From an uncultured Aminicenantes bacterium (lineage in GTDB: Bacteria > Acidobacteriota > Aminicenantia > UBA2199): a stretch of 41,085 bases of DNA. The notes under the pieces are model-generated. The model ran no database searches. It worked only from the letters and a program-made list of their open reading frames with translations, and was not told where the DNA came from. Numbering within the stretch: position 1 is the first letter of the stretch; each line of letters begins with the position of its first letter. The stretch lies in NCBI GenBank assembly GCA_965195285.1, contig CBDAFS010000057.1, positions 1 through 41,085 of the forward strand, read 5' to 3'. This document shows, one piece after another, positions 27,221 through 36,517 of the stretch. The position numbers and the translations under genes were made by a program.

Positions 27221-27816
27221 TGATCAATCGTCCTATCCCTACTATTTTTTCCCAGTACTTTGTCTTTGATGATGGCATACAAAACAATGCTTTTTTCCAC
27301 GGCTGAACATACGGCTCTGGAGGATATGGTGGCTCCGGAAACCGCATCGATTATGCCGTCATCCTGTTTGACCTTGAAGACTTCATTGATGGCCCTGCCT
27401 TTGAAATTATCCGTAAAGACAGCCTCGGAGACCCGGGCGCCCAATCCGGGTGTTTCCTGATGGGTCAGTATACCGATACCGGAAATCATATTCTGGCTCA
27501 GATCAAAACCCACCATCACCCCGATTTTACCTTTATAACCCATTCCCATGGTTTCAAAGGCAATTGCCCATGGTTGGCCATTCTTCCTGCCAATGAAAAC
27601 AACTTTCTGCTCTCCGTCAATCGTGATCTGCTCCCGCTCACCAATAATATCATTGGTAGATGAAGCCAGAACCTTTTTAAGGGCCGGTCCCTGAACGTTC
27701 AATAGAATTTGCTCTTCGATCCGCTTTTCCGTTCCCTTTTTTACCGCTGCCAGCAGCAGGCCACAGAGGGCTGCAATAATGGTCAAAACCGCCACCATCC
27801 GGATATATTCTTTCAT
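27217..27816 (-). CDS. rnfG: Rnf complex subunit G
   Basis: N-terminal TM, ETPGLG, FMN-attachment motif DAVSGATISS. Confidence 0.95.
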   Translation of the reverse strand: MKEYIRMVAVLTIIAALCGLLLAAVKKGTEKRIEEQILLNVQGPALKKVLASSTNDIIGEREQITIDGEQKVVFIGRKNGQPWAIAFETMGMGYKGKIGVMVGFDLSQNMISGIGILTHQETPGLGARVSEAVFTDNFKGRAINEVFKVKQDDGIIDAVSGATISSRAVCSAVEKSIVLYAIIKDKVLGKNSRDRTIDQ

Positions 27817-28784
27817 GTCATCCTTTTATCGATATAATAAATTTCTGTTGGTCGGGGTCTTTTCTTGATATTATCCAGCAGGGGGGTAAACAGACTCATA
27901 ATCAATATGGCAAAGAAGACCCCATCCGGATAAATGCTCCATATTCGTAAAACCATGGTTAAAAAACCACAGCCGAAACCGAAGATGATCATTCCCCACT
28001 TATTGAAGGGAGAACTGGCAGAGTCAGTGGACAGGAAAAATATTCCCAGCATGAGGTTCCCGGTTAGAAGGTGGAAAAGCGGGTTGGCGAATTGATGGCT
28101 GTTTATCAACCAAAAAAGTGCAGCTACCGATAAAACACCTGCTGCAAAAGACAGGGGGATTTCCCAGGTTATAATCCCTCTAATCAATAGATAAATGCCA
28201 CCAATTAACAGGAACAGTATGGCAATACTTCCGATTCCACCCACCTGTTTGCCCATGAGAAGATCGATGAGCTTAATATCGGAAATAAATTCCACCCCCC
28301 CCTTTTTCAATAAGATCAAGGGGTAACGGAAGCTGAATCCCAGATCATAATTCACCGAAGCCAGATCCAGATTATAATAAGCCGGCCAGGAAATACGGGT
28401 AATGGCCCAGCCAACCAAAACCGGATTCAGCGGACTGCTGCCCAGGCCACCGAAAATCTCCTTTCCGATAAAAATACACAGAAAAGCACCGATAATGACC
28501 AGCCAGTAGGGAACACTCGGGGGAAGAATCATGGCAAAAACCAGACCGATCAGTACAGCGCTCCCATCAAAAATGGTAGTGGATTTCTTGAACATCTTTC
28601 GAATGATCAGTTCACTCAAAACCGCGGTAACCACAGCCAGAGAAATGACCCGGGCCGCATGAAATCCAAAGGTATAAATCGCATACAACAAAGCCGGAAG
28701 CAGGGCAATGATCAGCTGGGCATTAATGTTGGCCACACTGATATTTTTATGCCAATGGGGGGGGCTGGAAACAACTAGGTTCAT
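27813..28784 (-). CDS. rnfD: Rnf complex subunit D (atypical, FMN-threonine motif missing)
   Basis: SSPPH, K-x-x-FGGLG, NP, TD-x3-SP, YPDGV; RYPL where (S/T)GATPL is expected. Confidence 0.9.
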   Translation of the reverse strand: MNLVVSSPPHWHKNISVANINAQLIIALLPALLYAIYTFGFHAARVISLAVVTAVLSELIIRKMFKKSTTIFDGSAVLIGLVFAMILPPSVPYWLVIIGAFLCIFIGKEIFGGLGSSPLNPVLVGWAITRISWPAYYNLDLASVNYDLGFSFRYPLILLKKGGVEFISDIKLIDLLMGKQVGGIGSIAILFLLIGGIYLLIRGIITWEIPLSFAAGVLSVAALFWLINSHQFANPLFHLLTGNLMLGIFFLSTDSASSPFNKWGMIIFGFGCGFLTMVLRIWSIYPDGVFFAILIMSLFTPLLDNIKKRPRPTEIYYIDKRMT

Positions 28785-29974
28785 GATTCCGTTTCTCCCT
28801 GGATTTTTTTCAGTTCACTTTTCGCCAGCTTAATGAATTGAACCAGAGAGCGGCCCGATGGGCAATAATAGGCACACAAGCCGCACTCGATACAATCAAA
28901 CACATCCAGTTCCTGGCATTTTTCAAACAATGAAAACTCGGAAAATCTGCATATGAGGTTTACATCCAGTTTTACCGGGCATACCCGAACACATTTTCCG
29001 CAATTGATACAGGGTTTATTTTCATTCAATACGACTTCGCTCGAATCCTGAATATAGATTAAATCAATGTCATCCCCGACAGGAATAATCGTGTGATATC
29101 CGGAATAACCCCGGAAAGGACCTCCGAGAATCAGTTTATCATTGGTATCAATTCCGGTTTTCTGGCAGATATCTTTGACCAGGGTTCCCATTCTGACCCG
29201 GATATTTTTTTTCTGGTTTTTTTCCACAACGGTGACCACTTTATGAACAAATGGTTTTCCCTCCTTCAGGGCAACCACAGCGGCAGTCAACTTTTCCACA
29301 TTCATGAAACCGCATTTTGCCACTTGGCCGGTGCGGCAAATATCCGATATCAGGATCTCGGGCAGTCCGTTCGGATATCGGGGTTTTACCGGAAAAACTT
29401 CCGCCACATCCCCGGGGATTTCGGTTCCCAGGTTAGACAGATTCTGGGGAATGGCGAAAATGACTTTCCGGGCCGAAGTCAAATATTTGATTAAACGTAA
29501 ACCCTCAAGGGTCAGATATTTATTTTCTCTCCAAATTTGCTGCTGGACCAGACTCAGTGGGTCCTGCTCAACAGCACTGATTATCATAGTTTCCAGAGGT
29601 TCCAGGTTATCTCTGAAACCCAGGTTTGCCCGATTCAGGCATTTTAAGATTTCAGCGGGATCTTTTTTTAAAAAATCCGGTTCTGCTTTTATTTCAAGAT
29701 CCAGTTGTTCCTTTTCATCCAGCTCGACCCTGAGTGCTGAAAATTCTTCATCCCTCATCATCAAAGGATCGATACTTTTTATGGTACCGGTAACCGTGGA
29801 ATATAATCCCGGTAAAATCTCATAACCGGTTTTCAGGTGATCCCCCACCCTGAGATTCAATTGAGCCTGATTGGAATCGAAACCTATCAGGGGGATAAGG
29901 ACCTCGGTGGGATCCGGGGCATCGATGATAGCTATATCTTCTTGGCTTAACGTCAGGTGATCATTTGTTTTCAT
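28781..29974 (-). CDS. rnfC: Rnf complex subunit C (atypical, NADH/FMN motifs missing)
   Basis: Position in operon; S-x-V-x-G, YP-x-G, GGPF-x-G, CINCGKCVRVCP, CIECGLCAYYCP; no GGAGFP or ECEP. Confidence 0.85.
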   Translation of the reverse strand: MKTNDHLTLSQEDIAIIDAPDPTEVLIPLIGFDSNQAQLNLRVGDHLKTGYEILPGLYSTVTGTIKSIDPLMMRDEEFSALRVELDEKEQLDLEIKAEPDFLKKDPAEILKCLNRANLGFRDNLEPLETMIISAVEQDPLSLVQQQIWRENKYLTLEGLRLIKYLTSARKVIFAIPQNLSNLGTEIPGDVAEVFPVKPRYPNGLPEILISDICRTGQVAKCGFMNVEKLTAAVVALKEGKPFVHKVVTVVEKNQKKNIRVRMGTLVKDICQKTGIDTNDKLILGGPFRGYSGYHTIIPVGDDIDLIYIQDSSEVVLNENKPCINCGKCVRVCPVKLDVNLICRFSEFSLFEKCQELDVFDCIECGLCAYYCPSGRSLVQFIKLAKSELKKIQGETES

Positions 29975-29979
29975 CAGTT

Positions 29980-30672
29980 TTACTCTTCTTCATGACACAG
30001 GGTACAATCGTCGACCCCATCGCTATGACACTCGATACAATTCTTGCCAATACATCTCATATGGGTATCGGCGTCCTCACAAATTTGAGTATATTTTGTA
30101 TTGTAATGACATCGCCGGCAATTCATGGGAAAGACTCCTTGCCTTTTCCTTTGATAACCATGGTGACAGGTTTGGCACTCGATATCATATTCATCCGGGG
30201 AGGCATGGGAAAAATGGTTGAAAACAACCGGTCCGCCATCGGTCTCAAAGGTGATCTCTTTGGGCTCGGCAATGGTTTCGAAATGATCGGCATTATGGCA
30301 GAACTCGCAACCGACCGAACCCTGGATATGGCAATCCAGGCAGTTCTTGCCAATACATTTCTTGTGAATGGCCTCATCCTCACACATCCCAATATGATCT
30401 TTGCGGTAATGACAATCCCGGCAATTCATTTGATCGGAGTCCTGGTCACCGGATTTATAATTGTGATGACACTCCTGGCAGGTCATATCCTTGAGTGAGG
30501 TATGATATAGATGGTCGAAAACAACTCCCCCCCCCTTGGTGTCAAAGGCCACCCTCAGAGGTTCCCTCTGCTTTTCAAAAACAAATCCCCAGAGGGCCAG
30601 AATTACAAGAATCAGAATAACCGTTCCGAAAACAATCTCTTTTCTTTTGGTTAAAACTTTAACTTTATCCAT
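29980..30672 (-). CDS. Membrane-anchored octaheme cytochrome c (tandem c3-type domains)
   Basis: N-terminal TM; CQECH, CRDCH, CLDCH, CEFCH, CQTCH, CRRCH, CIECH, CTLCH; two VVF-x-H-x-x-H motifs. Confidence 0.92.
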   Translation of the reverse strand: MDKVKVLTKRKEIVFGTVILILVILALWGFVFEKQREPLRVAFDTKGGGVVFDHLYHTSLKDMTCQECHHNYKSGDQDSDQMNCRDCHYRKDHIGMCEDEAIHKKCIGKNCLDCHIQGSVGCEFCHNADHFETIAEPKEITFETDGGPVVFNHFSHASPDEYDIECQTCHHGYQRKRQGVFPMNCRRCHYNTKYTQICEDADTHMRCIGKNCIECHSDGVDDCTLCHEEE

Positions 30673-30745
30673 TATATATCAAGATTACTCCAACTTTATA
30701 TAATATTGAAATTAAAGTTGCTATCGAATGAGCAAATTAATGTAG

Positions 30746-30775
30746 ATAGTAACATAAAAAATTTTCGGATGTCAA
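30746..30775 (-). promoter_or_regulatory. Sigma70-type promoter of the cytochrome-rnf operon
   Basis: TTGACA-18 nt-TACTAT with TGn extension on minus strand. Confidence 0.5.
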
Positions 30776-30815
30776 GTAAAAAAAACAACCCTATCTGACA
30801 CCCGAAAAGTGAAAA

Positions 30816-31202
30816 TTATTCTTTCAGCAATCCTTTTATGGTGGCAATCAAATCATCGGGATCAATCGGTTTTTCCATGAATTTTTCGACTGGCAGGAAA
30901 TCGCCGTCTTCTTCAAGGTTAAATTTAAATTTGGTCATCTGATTCACCGCAGTTGCCAGTATGATCGGAATATGCTTGAATTTTTCATTCAATTTTACAG
31001 ACTGGGCAAAATTGAAACCGTCACTGTCCTTTTCCATCATGACATCCAGAATAATCAGATCAATTTTTTCACTTTCCAAAATCTCTCCCGCAACGTTGAT
31101 ATTTGTTGCCTGAATCACATCATAATTACTGTGTTCCAAAATAATCTTTCGGGCTTCCAATACATCGATATCATCATCGACATCTAATATTTTCTTCTTC
31201 AT
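30816..31202 (-). CDS. Single-domain (CheY-like) response regulator
   Basis: VDDD, LDVMM phospho-Asp, conserved Thr, KP; no output domain. Confidence 0.92.
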   Translation of the reverse strand: MKKKILDVDDDIDVLEARKIILEHSNYDVIQATNINVAGEILESEKIDLIILDVMMEKDSDGFNFAQSVKLNEKFKHIPIILATAVNQMTKFKFNLEEDGDFLPVEKFMEKPIDPDDLIATIKGLLKE

Positions 31203-31210
31203 GATTCCTC

Positions 31211-31909
31211 CTAATTCATTAAAGGTAGTTTTATGGTTAATGTTGTTCCCACATCCACGGTACTATCCACATCAATGGACCCTTCATGGTCCTTGATGAT
31301 CTGCTTGACCAGGGAAAGTCCCAGGCCGATACTGCCATCGATATTTCTCCTGGCCTCTTTGCCCCGGGAGAACATAGTAAATACACTGTCAACATCCTCC
31401 GGAGGTATTCCGATTCCGGTATCACTGATCTCCACCACGATCAGTCTGCCGAATTTTTCAAAACATCGGATATCAATCCGGCCATTTTCCTTATTGTATT
31501 TAACCGCATTCATAATGACATTATTAAAGGCCCTCAACAGGAAGGTATAATTCCCGAAAACATACTTTTCCCGGCAGGACTCCTGCAAATAGTTGATCGA
31601 AATCTTGTTTTGACGGGCATAGGGGTTAATAATCGAATAAGATTCATCAATAATCTCAATCAGGTTTATCCGTTCCCGCTTCATCTGGGATTTATTCTCC
31701 AGAAGCGTATAATCCAGGATATCCTCAACAATTCTGATGAGCCCTTCCGATTTCTTCCTGGCTCTGGAGATGAGTTCCTTTACTTTTACCGGGTCATCTA
31801 CATATCCCTTTTCCACTACATTCAGCAAATCAACCACGGCAGACAGGGGGGCTTTCAAATCATGGGCAATAACCGCCAGATTCTTAATATTTTCCTCTAT
31901 TTTTGACAT
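31211..31909 (-). CDS. Soluble histidine kinase with only HisKA and HATPase domains
   Basis: AHDLKAPL with His at residue 16, NAVKY, DTGIGI, GLGL, GT; no TM or sensor domain. Confidence 0.9.
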   Translation of the reverse strand: MSKIEENIKNLAVIAHDLKAPLSAVVDLLNVVEKGYVDDPVKVKELISRARKKSEGLIRIVEDILDYTLLENKSQMKRERINLIEIIDESYSIINPYARQNKISINYLQESCREKYVFGNYTFLLRAFNNVIMNAVKYNKENGRIDIRCFEKFGRLIVVEISDTGIGIPPEDVDSVFTMFSRGKEARRNIDGSIGLGLSLVKQIIKDHEGSIDVDSTVDVGTTLTIKLPLMN

Positions 31910-31952
31910 TGGATTCCTGTTTTTATAAAACCATCAAACTCAGATAATTAAA

Positions 31953-32432
31953 TTATCCTTTGTCAATATCCAGCATGACTTCATCATAGACCTGTTTAAC
32001 CAGGGATGGCAATGTCTGTTCCACAACCGGGCTCAATTTATCTGACATGGTAATTTCATCGGGCTGGATACAGTAAATCACCACATCAGGATTTCCCTTC
32101 TGTCTGATCCTGGGAGCGATATCCAGAAAATCAATTAAATCAAACTCATGTAATGAATAACCCTTGGTTTCCTTTAAACTATTCACCTCGTCCCGATGAA
32201 ATCTCCGAAATTCTCCGGGCTGAATGCCGCAATTGCCTGCATCAATGAATATTATTTTTTCCCTCTCATCGAATTGATGAAGAAGATTCATCCCGCAGGT
32301 ACCGGCCTCTATCAGGTCAATTTCTTTTCCCATCAATTTTTCTCCCAGTATCCGTGTGGCATGAAGACCTGCCCCCTCATCTGCCAGGAGCGTGTTACCC
32401 AGGCCTATAACCGCAGTTTTATGTCTTTTCAT
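31953..32432 (-). CDS. Hydrogenase maturation protease
   Basis: GLGN-x-L-x-x-DEG-x-G, IDA, SLH. Confidence 0.93.
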   Translation of the reverse strand: MKRHKTAVIGLGNTLLADEGAGLHATRILGEKLMGKEIDLIEAGTCGMNLLHQFDEREKIIFIDAGNCGIQPGEFRRFHRDEVNSLKETKGYSLHEFDLIDFLDIAPRIRQKGNPDVVIYCIQPDEITMSDKLSPVVEQTLPSLVKQVYDEVMLDIDKG

Positions 32433-32435
32433 ATA

Positions 32436-33740
32436 TTATTTTTTAAATTCCACATTTAAAAAGTGGGTAGAACAGGATATACATGGATCATAGGCCCGGA
32501 CCAGCATTTCCAGGTTGAACTGCAAATCCTTCTCTGGAAGGCTCAGCATCTCGGGCACCATCTTCTCAAAATCCATCTGAATATTGTTGTGATTCAAATT
32601 GGTGGGAATCACACAATTGGCTGCCACACAAATACCGTCATCATTATAGGAGTAATCATGAAACAGAATACCCCGGGGAACTTCAACAGCCCCGACTCCC
32701 CGGCCATTTTTTACCTTGATATCAGGCTTCTCCAATTTTAATTCCTGGCCTAACAACCATTCAATATGACTGATTGACCGCTCCACGGCAAAGACACATT
32801 CTACCACCTGAGCCGCATTGTTCTGGTATGGACTGATATTGATACCAGGCTTCAAACCCAGCATTTCGGCAACCTGTTGACTCAAAGGGGTCAACTGACT
32901 ATAGTTGTTGTTGTAGCGGGCCAGGGCGCCCACCATGAATGAGGCCCGGTTAAACTTTCCATACTTGGCTGTGGATTGGGGTACCACAAACTCATTCACT
33001 ACCCCCTTGTATTCATCAGGGGATATGTTTTTATCAATATCTGTAGTGGTAACCTGACCCTCATAAAAAGCATATTCCTTGTCGTATGTCAACGATAGGT
33101 ACTCGGTCTCCCGGTTGAAGTCAGGGAATCCATTGGAAACCGATTTGAAAATCTCGGCCAGTTTCATCAGGTCTCCTTTGGCCTCTTCCAGCCGCTTCTT
33201 CAACTCTTCCAATTCTTGCCGGGTGGGCAACATGGTGAAATGTCCCACTTTGGCCCTGATGGGATGGGTGGTCCGACCACCGATCACATCACACATTTCA
33301 TTGGATAACCGGTGTAACTTGGTCACCAGCAGCACCGCATCCGGGTGACTCGCAACCAGAGGAATGACACTGTTGACCTTGAACAGATCGGGCAGTACCA
33401 GATAACAAACATGCAAAATGTGACTTTGAAGTGTTTCTCCGTGAAGCAACAATTCACGCAATACCCGGGTTTGTTCGGAGATCTTTACTTCCAGAGCAGT
33501 CTCGGTTGCTTTCAAACTGGCAAAAGTATGACCGATCGAGCATATACCGCATATCCTTGAGGTGATGGTGGCCAGTTCAGAATACGACCTTCCCACAACC
33601 ATGGTCTCAAAAAATCGCGGCGCCTCTGGCACCTGCCACTCAAGCTTTTCTATATTTCCATCTTTAACATCCACCACAATATTACCGTGACCTTCCACAC
33701 GGGTCAGATGCCTGACATTTATCTTGACTTCTTTACTCAT
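32436..33740 (-). CDS. hydA: Group 3b [NiFe]-hydrogenase large (alpha) subunit
   Basis: RVEGHG, L1 SRICGIC, EVPRG, L2 DPCISCSTH plus cleavable tail FLNVEFKK. Confidence 0.95.
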   Translation of the reverse strand: MSKEVKINVRHLTRVEGHGNIVVDVKDGNIEKLEWQVPEAPRFFETMVVGRSYSELATITSRICGICSIGHTFASLKATETALEVKISEQTRVLRELLLHGETLQSHILHVCYLVLPDLFKVNSVIPLVASHPDAVLLVTKLHRLSNEMCDVIGGRTTHPIRAKVGHFTMLPTRQELEELKKRLEEAKGDLMKLAEIFKSVSNGFPDFNRETEYLSLTYDKEYAFYEGQVTTTDIDKNISPDEYKGVVNEFVVPQSTAKYGKFNRASFMVGALARYNNNYSQLTPLSQQVAEMLGLKPGINISPYQNNAAQVVECVFAVERSISHIEWLLGQELKLEKPDIKVKNGRGVGAVEVPRGILFHDYSYNDDGICVAANCVIPTNLNHNNIQMDFEKMVPEMLSLPEKDLQFNLEMLVRAYDPCISCSTHFLNVEFKK

Positions 33741-34492
33741 TTCTTTACCTCCGGATTCACTCCAAATAAATTAATCGCTCGTTTGATCTCTTCAACGGTG
33801 TAATTGTATTTATCCAATATCTCATGCATGGCATTTTTATTGGGGTTATCCACCGTTCCTCTACAGGCTTCGCAGGGTGAACCATTCGAAGGGCAAATCG
33901 CCCCGCAACCCGCCCGGGCCAGTGGCCCCAGGCAAATCACACCTTTGTCAAACAGGCAAATATTTTCTTTTAACTTGCACTCCACACATACCGGATGATT
34001 GGGTAAACGGGGCATTATACCCAGGCTCAATTCTTTAACCATTCGTAAGAACTCATCCCGGTTAATTGGACACCCGGGAATATATAAGTCCACCTTTACC
34101 ACTTCATCGACACCTTTGGTGGGATAGGTGTCCAGATGAGGCATGTGGGAATCATCACCGTACACACACTTCTTGACATCATCCATGCTGTGCCAGACAT
34201 TCTTTAACCTGTTGATCCCGCCGTTAACCGCACACTGTCCATAAGCCACCAACAACGTGGAGCGTTCCCTTATATCCTTTAAGCGTTCCTCGTCTGATTT
34301 GCGGGTTATTGATCCTTCTATAAACGCTATATCATAAGTTTCTGATGTACTGCCTGTCATCACTTCCCTGAATTCTACCAAATCGACCAGATCCAACAAC
34401 TTGATGATATCTTCCTCCAAATTCGCCACCTGCAACTGACATCCTTCGCAACAGGCAAAATCAAAAAATGCTACCTTCGGCTTATTACTCAT
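33737..34492 (-). CDS. hydD: Group 3b hydrogenase small (delta) subunit
   Basis: CCEGC, EGS, GQCA, PGCP, VCVEC, CLG, CGAICP, CEACRG. Confidence 0.93.
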   Translation of the reverse strand: MSNKPKVAFFDFACCEGCQLQVANLEEDIIKLLDLVDLVEFREVMTGSTSETYDIAFIEGSITRKSDEERLKDIRERSTLLVAYGQCAVNGGINRLKNVWHSMDDVKKCVYGDDSHMPHLDTYPTKGVDEVVKVDLYIPGCPINRDEFLRMVKELSLGIMPRLPNHPVCVECKLKENICLFDKGVICLGPLARAGCGAICPSNGSPCEACRGTVDNPNKNAMHEILDKYNYTVEEIKRAINLFGVNPEVKK

Positions 34493-34493
34493 C

Positions 34494-35417
34494 TTAAATT
34501 ACTCCTTTTATGTAACTGATATCACTGTAGTAGAATACAGGACCGTCCTGACATACATAAATATCCTCAATCTGACAATGACCGCATTTGCCAACCCCAC
34601 ATTTCATCCGCCTCTCCAGCGATAAAATTATATGGTCATCGGGAATCTCCATGTCATGGAGGTTCATGATGGCAAATTTATACATGACCGGCGGGCCCAC
34701 CACAATGGCATAGGTCTCGCGCGGGTCCACATCATCCAACTTGGGAAACAGGGTGGTAATGACTCCAACGTTATCCTTCCACTTCTTCGATTTCCATTCA
34801 TCCAACGGACCCCGATAGCATAAATCCATGTGGCTCATTTCCAGATAGGTGGACAGATCGGTGGTATCGACCGTTTCAAAGAACTTAATATCATCACGCT
34901 GCTTCCATTGTTCCAGTTCATCGACAAATAGACGCTGGGCCGGGTCTTTGCATCCAAACAGAATGGATATATTCTTGTAATCATCACGGTGTTCCAGTGC
35001 ATACTTGATGGCTGAACGGGCCGGCACCAAGCCAATACCTCCGCAGACAAACAGCAAGTTGCTTCCCTTTAAGGCTTCCATGGGAAAAGAGGTGCCGTAA
35101 GGACCCCGGATACCCACCTTTTCACCGACTTCCAAACTGTGAATGGCTGAGGTAACGGTTCCCACTTTTCGGATCACCATTTCAAACCGATTATCGGTAG
35201 CGGGCGGCGAGGAAACGGATATGGGTGCCTCACCAATACCCGGAATGGATATTTCGGCAAACTGACCGGGACGATGGCCCAGGGAGCGATTGTTTAGCTC
35301 GAAACTGAAATAGGTATCAAATGGAGTCATCGGTTTTTTCTCCCTCAGCGTAGCCGCCTCGGGCAGATAGATCGATGTCTTTTCTATCACTTCTTTATGT
35401 GGATAAGTTTCAGCCAT
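34494..35417 (-). CDS. hydG: Group 3b hydrogenase gamma subunit (FAD/NAD(P), [2Fe-2S])
   Basis: PGQF, GEAPIS, RGPYG, GGIGL, VGPPVM, LERRMKCGVGKCGHC...C-x-DGP; ATG 35417 with GAGGAGG. Confidence 0.93.
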   Translation of the reverse strand: MAETYPHKEVIEKTSIYLPEAATLREKKPMTPFDTYFSFELNNRSLGHRPGQFAEISIPGIGEAPISVSSPPATDNRFEMVIRKVGTVTSAIHSLEVGEKVGIRGPYGTSFPMEALKGSNLLFVCGGIGLVPARSAIKYALEHRDDYKNISILFGCKDPAQRLFVDELEQWKQRDDIKFFETVDTTDLSTYLEMSHMDLCYRGPLDEWKSKKWKDNVGVITTLFPKLDDVDPRETYAIVVGPPVMYKFAIMNLHDMEIPDDHIILSLERRMKCGVGKCGHCQIEDIYVCQDGPVFYYSDISYIKGVI

Positions 35418-35427
35418 GATTTCCTCC

Positions 35428-36450
35428 TCACTGGTTTTCCAATATATATTTGAACACTTTGTTCGGTCCGGCAATATCAGCGGTACAGGCATCCGCACAC
35501 CTTCCGCATCCCACACAACCAAAATAGCGGTACTTATCAGGTAGGTATTTTACTTTTCTGAAGGTTCGATGTTTAAATCGATCCGACCGGTCTCTGCGAA
35601 AATTGTGACCGTCAGCAACCACGGCAAAATCCTCCAGCATACATCCGTCCCAGACCTTTACCCGTTGGCCCTCAGCCAGAGTAAGATCGATTTCTTCGCA
35701 CACATTAAAACAGTAGCAGGTGGGGCAAACAAAAACACAGGAGCCGCAGGAAAAACATTTATCCCCAAAATATTTCCAAACCGAATGATAGTAATTCCGA
35801 GTTAAAAATTCCGAAGCGATATCCACTGTAACCGGCAGTTTCTGAATGTCTTTGATGCGGGCCTTGGCTTCTTCGACCTGCTTCAGGCTGTAGGTATTCT
35901 TCTTAAGCTGACTGCCCTTCAGGTAATTTTTCCCTTTTTCACTGACCACTTCGATAACATATTCATCTCCCATATCCACCAGCATCAGGTCCGCCACCTT
36001 GTAGTACTGATCCTTAACCACAGATTTGGAAAAACGCTGCTTAAAATGCTTTTGGGGATAGCTGCCGATCAACAGGGAATTTTCTCTTTTCTTGATATAG
36101 TGTTGATCACCATCACCATCTGAAAAAGCCCGGTCCATTAGGTAAATGGCAGCCAGATCATAATAGTGAATCCCGAAAATGGTGATGGGATCGTAGGTGT
36201 TAACCGCCATGCAGCTCGCAACCTTTTTAGGGACAAATTTTAACAAAACCTCCTTCTGGGGTTGAAAATACTTTTTGGGAGGCAGTATGGTAACGTCATA
36301 GTCAAGTCTCAAGTCCTTTGATGACGGCAAGTCATCAAATACAAAGTGGGAACCCTTTTGAATGACTCCCACAATTCTGGATTTTTTTTCCGAAATTTTT
36401 TTATCAACAAAAGATAAAAAATCTCTTTTTGAAATTTTTAAGAGTTCCAT
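35428..36450 (-). CDS. hydB: Group 3b hydrogenase beta subunit (AsrA-like Fe-S protein)
   Basis: PPKKYF, CFSCGSCVFVCPTCYC, WDGC, CVGCGRCADAC; ATG 36450 with AGGAG. Confidence 0.92.
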   Translation of the reverse strand: MELLKISKRDFLSFVDKKISEKKSRIVGVIQKGSHFVFDDLPSSKDLRLDYDVTILPPKKYFQPQKEVLLKFVPKKVASCMAVNTYDPITIFGIHYYDLAAIYLMDRAFSDGDGDQHYIKKRENSLLIGSYPQKHFKQRFSKSVVKDQYYKVADLMLVDMGDEYVIEVVSEKGKNYLKGSQLKKNTYSLKQVEEAKARIKDIQKLPVTVDIASEFLTRNYYHSVWKYFGDKCFSCGSCVFVCPTCYCFNVCEEIDLTLAEGQRVKVWDGCMLEDFAVVADGHNFRRDRSDRFKHRTFRKVKYLPDKYRYFGCVGCGRCADACTADIAGPNKVFKYILENQ

Positions 36451-36488
36451 GATTTGTCTCCTATAAAACGACACACAATAAGAATATT

Positions 36489-36517
36489 ACCATAATATAA
36501 AACCCCAATCTTGTCAA
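36489..36517 (-). promoter_or_regulatory. Sigma70-type promoter of the hydrogenase operon
   Basis: TTGACA-17 nt-TATGGT on minus strand. Confidence 0.55.

Noticed and set aside
21962-33740. Selenocysteine recoding in the Fdh-like or hydrogenase subunits
   Set aside because: Frames are open without in-frame TGA; the hydrogenase L2 motif uses Cys (DPCISC)
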